Assembly (NCBI GenBank): GCA_964016885.1 | Contig: OZ024742.1 | Location: 241,862,001 to 241,926,000 of the forward strand | Length of the DNA: 64,000 nucleotides | Direction: 5' to 3' | Source of the DNA: Eledone cirrhosa | Lineage: Eukaryota | Shown here: piece by piece, positions 1 through 12,740 of the stretch | How positions within the stretch are numbered: the first letter of the stretch is position 1 | Layout: every line of letters starts with the position of its first letter | The notes under the pieces: generated by a model | Seen by the model: the letters and a program-made list of their open reading frames with translations, nothing else | Told to the model about the DNA's origin: nothing | Databases searched by the model: none | Made by a program: the position numbers and the translations under genes

Positions 1-64
1 ATGATCATCGGATTGAACAATTAGAATTAAGACAACTTATAGTGTTAGAAACAATGTCGTACAT

Positions 65-292
65 CAGGCATGTGAAATATGCAGCCTGCAGGACGTATGC
101 GGCCCTTTACAAGCACACCAGCGGCCCGCACAAAGGTTTTTACAACGCGAGCGTAATATGAAATATAAAATATTAGTTGTAATGTGCACAAGTAGTTGTC
201 ATGTGTGGCCCTCAGACAACAAATATGTGGCCCTCAGATAATACATATGTGACTCATGTGACCCACGGGGGACTCTCAGTTTGACATGCCTG
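65..292. mobile_element. Non-autonomous hAT MITE (Buster/Charlie-like)
   Basis: TIRs CAGGCATGTGAAA / TTTGACATGCCTG; perfect 8-bp TSD TCGTACAT at 57-64 and 293-300 with central TA; internal GGCCC-rich subterminal motifs. Confidence 0.9.
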
Positions 293-1244
293 TCGTACAT
301 TGTGGTCGCTTCTTGCTGCAATGTGATACATCAGTTCATTCCTTAATCTGTGGATGATACCAGAGTCACTTCTGTCATCAAGACAATGCTTAAAAAACTT
401 CTGCATAGTAACTATATATCAAACATGTTGCATATCATTGCGCTACTCACACTCACAAAGGGGAGAAATATAAAAGAAGGGCAACATATTTGATCGAGAT
501 GGCAAGATAAATGCAAATATCCGTTGTTCTGAGATTTCTTGAATGAATTCTGATTTTCTAGAGGGGCTCCAATTTCGCTAATGAACATAGCAGCGATTTC
601 ATTTCTTGCATTATGGTGAATTGCATTCCATCTCAGTGCACATAACTATTTCTGTTATTGTACTACCAAACGTATATGATTGAATAATTCTTCGAATGGC
701 TTGTGAAAAAAGTAGCCTTTACTTTATTATAGTCATCATATCAAATAATGTTTCTGAATTTTGGAGTGCTTTTCTATCTGGGTGTATCTAAGCAGGTATA
801 TCTCGTTCATATTTTCTCCTATTTCATTATTTCTCGAAATATTGATATACTGTTTTTGGTTCATGATTTTTCCTGGCGTTTCCCCCCTACTCTCTCTTTC
901 AGTTTTGATACTGTAAAACACAATCCATTTTCTTTCTTCAAATCTGTTGAATTTCTCTTTCATGCAATACTTATCTTGCGCGTTCCTGCTCCGTTATGTC
1001 CACTCTTCTTTCCATTTGTTTCGTCTTAAACTTTATTATATTCCATGTTTATGTTCCTCTCACAACCTTCGGTAATATCATTTCACTCTGTCTCTTTTAT
1101 TTCAAGTCTCCGATTTAGTTCCATATTGAATGCTGATAAAATATCAAGTAAAAATGAAATGAAGTGCAATAATATGCAGAAGAGTTGGAAAATAACACAA
1201 TTCTAGAATATAATTTGTAGCTCATAATATTAATAAAAGATATA

Positions 1245-1400
1245 GGCGCAAATTGGCAGAGTCATTAGAAGATCGCATAGAATATGTATGGTATTCGTTC
1301 CGGCTCTCTGGCCTCTGGGGTTCAAATCCCACTGAGGTCAACTTTGCCTTTCATCCTTTAGAGGTCGATAAAAAAGTACCTGTCTAGTACTAGGGTCGAT
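1245..1400 (+). mobile_element. tRNA-derived SINE, diverged copy
   Basis: A-box-like TGGCAGAGTC, B box GGTTCAAATCCC and the family core AACTTTGCCTTTCATCCT...GGTCGATAAAA. Confidence 0.8.
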
Positions 1401-1852
1401 TCTTACTCTATACCTCTTATTCATTCCCCCTCTTTCACTTTCTATCTTTCTCTGCAAGAAATCTGCTATACTAAGCCCTAGAGAGGGGTGGGCTCCGCCA
1501 GGCTTAAAGTGCCCTAGAAACGCCGTATGTCAGCTTGGTGCCCCTACAACTCTATCAGGACTCACGGGACCATACAATAATATATTTAACAAATCATTGA
1601 AAAATATTAGCGCTATATATAAAAAAAATATAATGCTTCCACATAAAGCTCTCATTTTTTTGCCCTGGAATCCCCCCCCCCCCCACATATATTTACAAGG
1701 AGAATAATATTATAAATTGCTGACACTCTAAACAGAATTATTGTCAGTAGATTTAGGACCATTAATATATACTAGTACATAACCCATTGTTTTACGGACG
1801 TGATATTCGGTTTCTTTAACCAACTCTAATTGTTTGTGGATGATATACATAC

Positions 1853-2054
1853 ACACATACATACATATACATAAATATATATTTGTGTGTGTATATATAT
1901 GTGTGTGTGTGAATGTGTGTGTATATATGTGTCGCGCGCGAGCGTATGTGTGCTTGTGAGTGTCTGTGTGTGTGAGAGTGAGAGAGAGAGCGAGAGGGGG
2001 GTTAGATAGATAGATAGATAGATATAGAGATAGAGATAGATAGATAGAAATAGA

Positions 2055-2123
<69 letters not shown>
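1853..2123. repeat. Compound microsatellite (ACAT/GT/GATA/GA)
   Basis: Direct inspection. Confidence 0.95.
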
Positions 2124-2126
<3 letters not shown>

Positions 2127-2615
2127 CAGTGAGATGGAGAGCAGCAAATTATGTTTTTTAAATGTTTCATTGTTTTCTCATTGATAATTGTCTTAAATAT
2201 ATATATATGTATTTTTATTAACTAAATCCTTGGCTATTTTATCACAACTATATGATTAGTTTTTTTTTTTACCAAGTAGAAAACAACAAGGAATAAATCA
2301 TGGATAGCGTCTCTAAGATTTCGTTTTAGTTTATTCTCATTTCATTAGAATCTCAATAAAATTAATGTAAGCCATATAATTAGCATGAAATCAAGGAACT
2401 ACAAACTGAACATCAAAGTAAAGTCCTATACTAGTGTCTTAATTAGTGTTTGTATATGTTTCTAATTTAGGTACCAGCAAATAATATTTAGCTTAAGTAT
2501 TTTCTCTGCCCTGTAAAATTAATGTAAGCCATATAATTAGCATGGAATCAAGGAACTGCAATATTTAGCTTAAGTATTTTTTCTGCCCTGTTAACAAGAT
2601 ATTATTTGTAGGATG

Positions 2616-2747
2616 GCGTCCCTTTACGATCTGAGTTCAAATCCCGCCGAGATTAAGTTTGCCTTTCATCCATACGGGGTCGATAAAATAAAGTACCAGT
2701 AATGTACTGGGTAATTGCTGGTCTTGTGCCAAAAGTAGAAACAATTA
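2616..2747 (+). mobile_element. 5'-truncated SINE, short subfamily
   Basis: B box GAGTTCAAATCCCGCC, core, tail GGTCTTGTGCCAAAAGTAGAAACAATTATT; flanked by the direct repeat TTTGTAGGATG (2605-2615, 2748-2758). Confidence 0.85.
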
Positions 2748-3303
2748 TTTGTAGGATGAAAGTAGACATGCCCCTGTTATTGTGTATGATCAATAGCTAA
2801 CGCCGTGTTTAATATTAAAATCCTGCTACCTTTAGATTATTTTTGAAGGAGATGATTGTAAAATATGTATCTAACACAGAGATTGTCATCAGAAAATGGA
2901 TGCCAAAACGAAATGATTTATGTGTTACTATTGAAGGGGTTAGTCAGAGTAAGAAAATGAAGAAACCTAAATAAACAGCAGTTCAAATAGACGCAGAAAA
3001 GCTGATTGGAGCGGGCAGATATAATATTAGAATAGCGGAGCCACTGGTTGTCGCTTAAAATCCCTGATTACCAATCATATCAGATGAGGCAAACGCTGCA
3101 AATTTATGAATTTGTTTTAATCCTATGCGTCTGTATAATAAAATAGAAAAAAAAAATTACCAAATCCCTGCATTATTATCGACAAGAACGCTGAGAGGAC
3201 AGTAAAGTGGGTTCATCAGTTAAGAAGTCGCTTATCAATAATATCTGCTTTTCGAAACTGATATGACATATTAAACAGTTGGGCAAATATATGTTGGAAA
3301 TAA

Positions 3304-3372
3304 ACACACGAACACATACACACACACACACACACACACTCACATATATATATGTATATATATATATATATG

Positions 3373-3430
<58 letters not shown>
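3304..3430. repeat. (CA)n/(TA)n microsatellite
   Basis: Direct inspection. Confidence 0.95.
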
Positions 3431-3431
<1 letters not shown>

Positions 3432-4019
3432 TGAATTATTAATAAATGAATAAATAAATTACCAACAAAAGTAGTACGACAAAAAGAATGCTAGATAAGT
3501 GTTTGAAATATGAACGTTTTAGCAGATGGTCTCCAGTGAAAGAATATCGTGATAGGACGACGAAACAAACAAGAAAAAAACGAAGATTAACGCTCAAACC
3601 TTAGCTCATACTATATTCTGATGTTTGGGATGCTGCGATGCTACTTTGCTTCTGTCAGTTAATCCCTGGTTAAAAGTAATATCGCAGCATTGCCACAGTT
3701 ATTCCAGACAGATCCACTGAATTCGTTTACTTTTTTTGACACTCATATACAAATATATTCGCATAGAAACATATATATTAGTTTGAATCTTATTTTTATT
3801 TCCTATTCTTGTTATTATTATTTTCTCTAGGCGTGAGTCCGAGTAACCGTTACACTGTCTGAAATTGGTCACATTTATTTCACAAAAGGAATATTTAAAT
3901 CAGTGAAACTCGGTAATTAGGAAACCATGACGTGTTTGATGTGATACTTTTGTGTATACGTTTGCATGTATGTTTCTGTGTATGTGCCATCAGTTTGACA
4001 GAAAAAAAGAGAACGTGTG

Positions 4020-4263
<244 letters not shown>

Positions 4264-4849
4264 GATGTGGGGTGTTTGCATGAGAAATAAGTAGATATCG
4301 TGATATGGTTTAAAGGTTACTGTTCTCTGTGTTAGTGTATGATAACCAGAAAACGTGTGCGTAATTTACATAACGAATGTTATATCTTATGATCAAGTGA
4401 CAGCCGGACACTTCTATTTCATCCTAGAAAAAAAAAAGGACGCCATGTTAATTCATCGGTGAATTAGTGAAGTGGATGAAGTGATATTAACATACATTAA
4501 TGCTTAAATGCTGCTGTTTGTATTTGTGTATTAACGTTGATGTACATATGCATACACAGTCACCAACAAATACAAAAGAAGACAAACAAACAGCTAATAC
4601 ACACACAAACACGTACACACTGTCACGCACGGGCACACATACATACGGGCGCGTGCCCGAAGATATAAAACTACACAACAACATGTATACATCATGCATA
4701 ATGATGATATGTATGAATATTTTCACTAATATGTACTAACATATATACTTATGTTAACGCGTATACATAAATATTTCCATTCGTAAATGTATAGATGAAT
4801 GCCTGTATAGACATGTATGCATAAATGTATATATATGTTTATGCGTGTG

Positions 4850-4850
<1 letters not shown>

Positions 4851-4920
<70 letters not shown>

Positions 4921-4980
4921 CCTATCTATATGACTCTCTCTCTCTCGCTCGCTTTATATATATATATATATATATACACA
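4851..4980. repeat. (TATC)n/(TC)n/(TA)n microsatellite
   Basis: Direct inspection. Confidence 0.95.
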
Positions 4981-5235
4981 CAGTTCAAGAGTAACCAATC
5001 TTAAAGAGAGAGATCGGGATAGGAGAGGAGATAGGAGAGGAAAAGATGGATTGGTGAATTAGTTAGAAGCCAAAGCGTAAAGGCATGTGCTTAATGTGCA
5101 ATATGCAGTGGAAGGCAGCTAGGTGGTTGGGTTTATGCAGAGGTTAGGTGCACAGAGCTGGAAATATTCATTAGTTAAGCAAAACAAGACCACAAATTTC
5201 ACAAGGAAGACATTATTAAAGGATTGTCAACATAT

Positions 5236-5859
5236 TTTAGTTTGATGTAAGGAATGTAGAGAATAATAATAATAATATTAATAATAATTGTTTCTACTTT
5301 AGGCACAAGGCCAGCAATTACCCAGTGCATTACTGGTATTTTATTTAATCGACCCCGTAAGGATGAAAGGCAAAGTCAACCTCGGCGGGATAATAATGTC
5401 CGTTTACAATTGTTTCGCTACTCCATATAATGTTTCTGGATCAAATGATTATAGATCATTATTGATCTGGTTCAGTTGAAAATAATTAACTTAGGTATAA
5501 TTAGAGCAGCTCATCGGAACTTCAAAGGAATATAAATTAAAATAAGGAAAGAATGTTACATGAATGTAATGTTCCATATATTGGTATTTCACTATGGTGT
5601 CCTGGGTATATCTATTGTCTCCCATAGTCGAGCAGTATTCTTCTGTCGAGGCTGCATTGTGTGAGATCTGCCTATGGGTAACAAGATGGCTGCCAATGGA
5701 CATATTTACCTTACTAATTAGAGGGTGGTTTCAGGGGAAGTATCTCCTCAAGGAAATTAAAAATTGTGGGTAGTTTATAGTTAAGAAGTGCTAATTTTTT
5801 AATTTTTTAATTGTAAACGGATATCATTATATTCTCTACATTCCTTACATCAAACTAAA
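5236..5859. mobile_element. Unclassified element with ~50-bp terminal inverted repeats; left arm interrupted by a SINE
   Basis: TTTAGTTTGATGTAAGGAATGTAGAGAAT...[SINE]...TCCGTTTACAATT (5236-5411) is the reverse complement of 5809-5859. Confidence 0.6.
5288..5390 (-). mobile_element. 5'-truncated SINE inserted in an (AAT)n tract
   Basis: Reverse complement of the SINE core and tail; AAT repeats on both sides. Confidence 0.85.
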
Positions 5860-5889
5860 TGAATGTATATATATCAGATAGGGTGTGGT

Positions 5890-6050
5890 GGTAAAATACC
5901 AGGTGGACCATAACCCACCATAGTACTCGATACTTGGGGTAGTAGAGTGGGTAATAGGAAAATATTCAGGACCCCGATGGCTCAGCTCCTGCCATTTTGG
6001 CAACTATGTCGAAACGGCCGGAGCTCAGCCGTCGGGGTCCTGGATCTTTT
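5890..6050. mobile_element. Short fold-back repeat (family 1, probably PLE-terminus derived)
   Basis: Imperfect hairpin 5959-6050 containing CGAAACGGCC; the sequence recurs at 23090-23200 and 28013-28272. Confidence 0.6.
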
Positions 6051-6056
6051 CACACA

Positions 6057-6096
<40 letters not shown>

Positions 6097-6097
6097 G

Positions 6098-6129
<32 letters not shown>

Positions 6130-6305
6130 TCATACGACCATAAGGTTATATGGAAGCAAATAACTAGAAACATTCGCGTTACAATAACAAACGCATATAA
6201 TCATTTACGCATACATATATAACATACATACATACATACATACATACATACATACATACATACATACATACATACATACATACATACATACATACATACA
6301 TACAT
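6051..6305. repeat. (CA)n, (TA)n and (ACAT)n microsatellites
   Basis: Direct inspection. Confidence 0.95.
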
Positions 6306-6558
6306 GTATATTGGGATGTATGTATGAATTATGCAGTTTAGATTTTTGAAAAATGTTTCTACCGTGTTTATAATGTGCTATGAAACGAATATATGGAGAA
6401 TTAAGGGTCGCTCCAGTTTTAAAATGTATTTTTAATAGTTTAGACTGATAAAAAGTGTCTGTATCGTAGAATGAGCGGGTTTTCCGAGGTTGATCAGTTG
6501 TTTCGTTTAATGTTCGGTTGGTATCTTAAAAAATAAACATAAACTAGTTTAACTCGGT

Positions 6559-6742
6559 CAGTGGTTCCCAAAGTGGGTTCCGCGAAACCCAAATGTTCCA
6601 CAAAATAGTGTCTGGGGTTCTGTAAAAAAAGGTAGAGGAGTATATTTATATTACGACCATATAACAGTATTAGACTTAGGGTTCCCCAAAATGTTTCTGA
6701 ACTAAAAAGGGTTCCGCGTTTGAAAAAGTTTGGGAAACCCTG
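6559..6742. mobile_element. Non-autonomous hAT MITE
   Basis: TIRs CAGTGGTTCCCAAA / TTTGGGAAACCCTG; 8-bp TSD AACTCGGT / AACTGGGT (7/8); internal GGGTTCC repeats. Confidence 0.85.
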
Positions 6743-7894
6743 AACTGGGTTGACGTTCTAGGGAAAAAACGAATGGCCTAAATGTTTTGTACTTTAGATT
6801 TGGAGTTGACATTGCACGGGTTAGTAGAGAAGACAACATGTATATACTTGGTGAGCCTCTTTCTATGAGTATGAAACATTGTTGTAGTGGTTGAAGTAAC
6901 AAATGAAGGTTACATCATCTCATAACAGTTGCTTTAACCAACCAGATATTATATGTTATCTAAAGTCCTCTTCACATTAAAATCAGGATTCAAATCCTGC
7001 AACAGTTGATTCTACAAGTAATAAGTCTGATATCAACACTATTAATTCAATAATTGACTACAGCACATTTGTCTACAAATAATCTTCTCTTTTGGGGCCT
7101 TAATTATGATAAAGAATAACTGATATTCAATTTATACTAGTTAGTCCGAAGAAGATAGGTTCTGACCATATTGTTTGAGCATCTGGAGATTGACTTCTGT
7201 AGGAAAAACGGGAGCCTGGACTATCATTCAAGCGAACAGAAGCCTACTAATGAATGATTGGAAGAAAGATTTAAGCAAAAATTGCAAAGCGAAATTGTAT
7301 ATAGATAATGAAAAGAGGGGTGTGTGTACTAATTCACATCGACAGAATTAATACGCAACCATCGAGATCAACAGAGCAGATGTCGTTGAAGTAGCTGGTG
7401 AATGAAGAAACTGCATGTTTGTGTCATAGTATACAGGGTGCAGTGAATGAGTATCAAGTAACATATTGCTGCTAATCATAACATGTTGGATCCTCTATAA
7501 ATGATATTTCCATTAACTTCTATTTATGTTTATTGTACTGTTTGTTCTATTCCTTATAAGTAGTTTGTTGTGTTTATATTGTTATTTTGTGCTAGTATTT
7601 TATATTGCATACTTTATAGAAAAGATAATCCACAAAGAACCTGGGATAGGAATTGTTTTAGAATAATAGCTGTGACTTTGTACGACAACACTTTAAGGTC
7701 ATGGTAATATCTTTGGGCAACACATTTTCAGTTGATATTTCGTATCCTGAATCCATCGTAAACGTCGTATATAGGAAAAATTACAAATATCGTTCGATCC
7801 AAAGATAGCTTGATCATCACTCCACCATTTTATAAAAGGGGTACATTGGATACAGTTCGTGGTGCAGTCTGACTGAGAGAATGCAATGACATTC

Positions 7895-8180
7895 AACAGC
7901 AACACTATCAACAAGTAAAACAGCAATGTCAACAAGAAAAGCAGCAATATCAACAACAAAAACAACATGAACAAAAAAAAAAACATCAACAGCAAAAATA
8001 ACATTCAACATCAACAACAAAACAACACAAAAAACAAAAAAAAAACCAGCAACATCAACAACAAAAACACCATTAACAACAAAAACAACATCAACAGCAA
8101 AAACAACAACATTCAACATCAAGAACGAAAACAACTACAACAACAAAAACAAAAATACAGCAACAACAACAATAACAAAT
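7895..8180. repeat. Degenerate (CAA)n low-complexity tract
   Basis: Direct inspection. Confidence 0.9.
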
Positions 8181-8571
8181 ATGTTTTCTTCTATTCAGTC
8201 GAAGTACGATGGCCGAAACTTTACACATAAAGTTATTAAATTTTATAAACTTCATTGAATAGAATTCTAGTTGGTGGTTTTACGTTTATTTGTAGTTTTT
8301 AGATAGATGGTGATCCTACCCGCGATATAGAATATGAAAGGATATTCAATGCTATCTATCTGAGAGTATTTTAGTTTTACATAACTGTGTTAACTGGACA
8401 TATATATGCGATATACGAACAATATTTCACACTGAACGTCATCATCCTTTTTTTTATATTTTAAAAAGTTGAGCCGTGATTCATTAGTTACATATTTATA
8501 AATGGGTTCATCTGCGACAACCACTTTCTTCCCAATGAAATGACATTTGAATGTAACTAGATATAAGACTA

Positions 8572-11500
8572 TAAGTATAATTAACAATGTACTATAACCA
8601 CAGGATAAATAGTGAAGCTTGAACTAACATACCCAATCACTGTGGAATGCGCATCCTTAAAATAGACATCAGAAAGCCCGAATTTCCTCTTTTGAGCCCA
8701 CAGAATACTTTTACCTCCACAAATTGCAGTAAAAGGCTACAGTGACCCTGACCACCAAGGCAAGTGCACTCTCCCAGTGCCCCACCTTTAATTTACAGAT
8801 ATATACTCAGAGTAGGCCCATTCACTCGGGTCATTCTTGCTTCTCTCACCCATCTTTCAACAAAATGCTGGGAAGAGAGCACTTCCCTCTCTACCCTGAT
8901 TTTCCTTTTCAAATGAAATTTGAAAAAGTCAATCAGAGCATCACCGAAGAGATAAGTGCTCGTCTTCAGCCCTTTCAAACGTGTCCACCATATTATCTCT
9001 TTCGCCATGGCCACCAGACAGATAAAAACTGCCTGTCCTTCCCCGCTAAAGGAGGAGGGCGGGGCAATCCTCACAATGGACTCAGATGATAGCCGGATCC
9101 GTCCTACACGCGACAGCAGGTGTTCGACATAAACCCACAAGTCAGCAATTTTCGGACACTGGACGAGTGCGTGCAGGACGGTTTCGTCGCCCTGCGCGCA
9201 TCTCGGACATGCCCGGCTGACGGCACCTCCATGCCTGTAGAGTTTATCCCAAACTGGCAAGGCTCCTCGGTAGCACTGCCAGGCCAGAGATTTCTGGAAG
9301 TTGTCCATAGGCCCCGGCCCGAAAGTTCTTCCGAAGAGATTGGCTAGTTGATTTTCGTCGACGCCTAGAGTTTCCCCAAGTACGTCGTCGCTCTTCCCCT
9401 CCACTAATCCTCTATAGAACGCCGAGGTGGAGTTTCCACCGATCACATTGCCCGATTGGTCGTGGGCTGTGAGCGCCTGAAGACATTCCAGTCTCCAGGC
9501 GCTCCCTCTCGGTCTTCGCTTGACCCAGGACTGCAGCTCCGTCAAGGAAACGAGCTGGGGAAATACGTGTCTAGCAAACGGCGACCACACCTGATCGGCG
9601 TCGAGGAAGAGGTTGAGATGTCGTAGCCTGAGCGCGTGCCTGTGCATCATCAGCCACGGCATGCCCAGCCCTCCACGTAGCGGGTGTTGACAACAGATGG
9701 ACCGCCTGACCATCGGAGCGCGTCCCTTCCACAAAAAGCGAAAGAGCAAACGCTCCAGCGCAGTCAGGCGAGGCTTAGGACAAGGTACGACGGTCAGGCG
9801 GTAGCAGATGACAGACGCGATGTACGCGTTAGCCACCTCCGCTCGACCTTTCAGGGATAGCTTCCTCTCCGCCCATTTCTGGGTGAGAGAAGCCACCCTG
9901 CTCGTCACCTCGTCCCAGTTTTTGTCCGTCTGTAGGTCCGGACCGAACCAGACCCCTAGCAATTTAACCGGTCCGTCCGTCCAGCGTCCGACGACGCTGT
10001 TGGACGGCATGGACCTGCCTCTCCACTTGCCGAGCTGCAGGCCCACTGACTTTTCCTGGTTGATCATTGCTCCTGTCACCGCTTCGTATTCTCTTAGAGT
10101 AGTGCCGATCGCCTCGATGTGTTTGGCGTTCGACACCACTACGGTGACATCGTCCGCATATGCTGACACGGATCTTCCGCATCCTAGTTCGCGCGGGACG
10201 CCCCTCAACGTCTCCAGTTTGTGCAGTAATGGCTCGAGAGTCAATACGTACAAGAGGGACGAGAAGGGACATCCTTGGCGGACCGAGCGCATGATGTTGA
10301 ACGGTTCCGACAGGTGATCGTTCACTCTCACCACAGAGCAGATGTCGCTGTGCATGGCAGCGATCCAGCCTCTGAAGACGGGCCCAAATCCAGCCGCCCT
10401 CAAGACTGCCGCTAGGTAACGATGGTCGATCTTATCGAAAGCTTTCGACTGATCTAAATTGATCAAGGACCCACCCGTGCCAGGTTCCCTAGCTACCCTC
10501 TCTACGATGTATCGCATGAGGTGGAGGTTGTCGTGGATGGATCTGTCGGGAATGGCGCATGTCTGCGCCTCTCCCACCAGACCATCAACGACAAGCGCCA
10601 ACCTCTTTGCTAGCACCTTGGCCAAAATCTAGAACTCTGTGTTTAGCAGAGTTATGGGCCGGAAATTATCTATGTTATCCCCCTTGTTCGGATCCTTTCT
10701 CAGCAGTGCCACCGCTCCTAGGCTCACAGAACTGGGAATTCTCCCGTTCTGTTGCCAGTTGTAGTAGACGTCCGCCAAGAGGCCTCCGAACAAGTCTGGC
10801 ATCTGTACGTAAAGTTCATAGGGCAGACCATCCAAACCAGGCGATTTACCCCTTGTGCAGCCAGTCATTGCCTCCCTTACTTCAGCGGCTGTTATCGGCT
10901 TTTCGCAACATTTCGCCTCAGTGACCGAGAGCCGCGGCAGTCCGTCGAGGTAGACACTAAAGTCCATCCCTCGACCCGGACCACCGCTGCCCCCGAACAG
11001 CTGAGCGAAGTGTCGCTGAAAAGCTTCACACATTTGCCCAGGATCGAGTAGCATGCGCCCGTCGTGGTCCACCAAAGACCGGATCGTGGCTTTGTTGCCA
11101 CGACGCGCCTCCGCCACTCGGGCCCATTGAACGGCTGTCGTCCCCTCGTGTCTGAGAGCACGCACCCTTGCTCTGACAACGCAGCCTTCGTGCTTTGCAT
11201 TGAAGAATTGGTCAAGGGCCAATTTCGCCGCAAGCACGTCGGTCGCAATGCCTTTGCTAAGCGCCTCGTCTAATTTTCTAACTAGTTCTCCCTCTGCTCT
11301 ATTTTTCTCTATTGCTAAAGCCTTACAAAACCTAATCGATTCTATTCCAATCGCTCTTTTTAGAGCAAACCACCACTTGTTGTTGACGATGGCCCCCGTC
11401 AACGCCCGCTTAACTAGTTCGCTAATCCGGTCTCTGTAGGCCTTGCGCGCTGGTAAGGACGCGTTTAGCTTCCAGTAGCCGGGTCCTCGTCTATGAAGCC

Positions 11501-11673
11501 TATCTAAGTCAAGCACACAGATCACAAATTTGTGGTCCGTCTAGCTGACTATCTTGAATTGTGGACAGCCTATGCTAGACCTATCTATTTCCCTACAAAA
11601 TACTCTATCTAGATATGATCTGGATGACCCTATGCGATTTGTCCAAGTCCACATTGGCACATTCGGGAAATCT
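8572..11673 (-). mobile_element. 5'-truncated Tx1/L1-group LINE (second copy, different subfamily)
   Basis: Colinear with ORF2 of the 12491-18305 element from DFPNVPMWTW onward. Weak 3' UTR similarity (TAAGTATAAtTAACAA) extends to about 8572; the exact 3' end is unclear. Confidence 0.9.
8793..11673 (-). pseudogene. Tx1-like ORF2 pseudogene (end of endonuclease, RT, Zn finger)
   Basis: Motifs KSPGLDGL, FRPITLLN, LDQSKAFD, RQGCP, YADD, CPRC..H....C in one frame, broken by two TAG stops (11541-11543 at the Y preceding [S/T]DHK; 10629-10631 at K of EFKIL). Confidence 0.92.
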
Positions 11674-11757
11674 AATAGAATAATGACAATGATAATAACA
11701 TGGAACAACATACGAATGATAATGATAATAATTGTTTCTACTGATAATGATAATAAT

Positions 11758-11970
11758 GGTTTCTTATATAGGCACAGGACCAGCAATTTGGGAGGAGGGG
11801 AAAGTCGATTAAGTCGCCCCAGTCGTGACTGAAACTTTATTTTACCGACCTCGTAAGGAAGAAAGGCAAAGTTAACCTCGGTGGGATTTGAACTCAGAAT
11901 GGCAAGAGCCGTAACTCTATGCGTCAAAGCATGGCGGCCTACCCTCTACCGACACTGCCAATCCACCACC
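11758..11970 (-). mobile_element. Full-length SINE, long subfamily
   Basis: Head GGTGGTGGATTGGCAGTGTCGG (A box), B box GAGTTCAAATCCC, core and tail. Confidence 0.9.
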
Positions 11971-11995
11971 CTCTGATATTGATATTGATAATAAT

Positions 11996-12210
11996 GATTT
12001 CTTATATAGGCACAAGGCCAGCAATTTTTGGGGAGGGGAATGTCGATTAAATCGACCCCAGTGCGTGTCTGGTACTTTATTTTATCGACCTCGTAAGGAT
12101 GAAAGGCAAAGTTAACCTCGGCGGGATTTGAACTCAGACCATAAAGAGTCGTAACTCTTTGCTGCAAAGCATGGCGTTCGACCTTCTACCGATTCTGCCA
12201 ATCCACCGCC
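11996..12210 (-). mobile_element. Full-length SINE, long subfamily
   Basis: A box TGGCAGAATCGG, B box, core, GGGGTCGATTTAATCGAC insert, tail GGCCTTGTGCCTATATAAGAAATC(ATT)n. Confidence 0.92.
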
Positions 12211-12278
12211 TTTATAGTAACAATAATAATGACGATGATAATAACATGGAATAACATATCAATGATATTGATAATAAT

Positions 12279-12462
12279 TGTTTCTACTTTAGGCACAAGG
12301 CCAGCAATTAACCAGTGCATTACTGGTACTTTATTTTATCGACCCTGTAAGGATGAAAGGCAAAGTTAACCTCGGCGGGATTTGAACTCAGATCGTAAAG
12401 GGACGTAACTATGATGGAAAGCATGGCGTCCGACCCTCTACCGATACTGCCAATCCACCGCC
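12279..12462 (-). mobile_element. Full-length SINE, short subfamily
   Basis: A and B boxes, core, tail; flanking 17-bp direct repeat ATGATATTGATAATAAT (12262-12278, 12465-12481). Confidence 0.92.
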
Positions 12463-12740
12463 TTATGATATTGATAATAATAATAATGATTTCATTTATT
12501 GGCCACAAGGGCCGACATATAGGGGACAACACAATAGACAGGGACAGTGGGGGTTTACATAGAGATCGAGTAAGTATAAATAACAAAAAAACAAAATAAC
12601 AATAAAAATACAACAATGAAAGTTCCCCAATAAGAGGGATCACCACCCAGGGTTGACTCAAGCACCCCACCAGTCCTGAGCCACCCGACGCTCCTAGGGC
12701 ACCCGGGAAGGGCACCCCTCTCCTTCTCGAATTCACCAGC

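Noticed and set aside
736-1029. 75-93-aa ORFs
   Set aside because: No recognisable motif; at best an unprovable decayed TE fragment.
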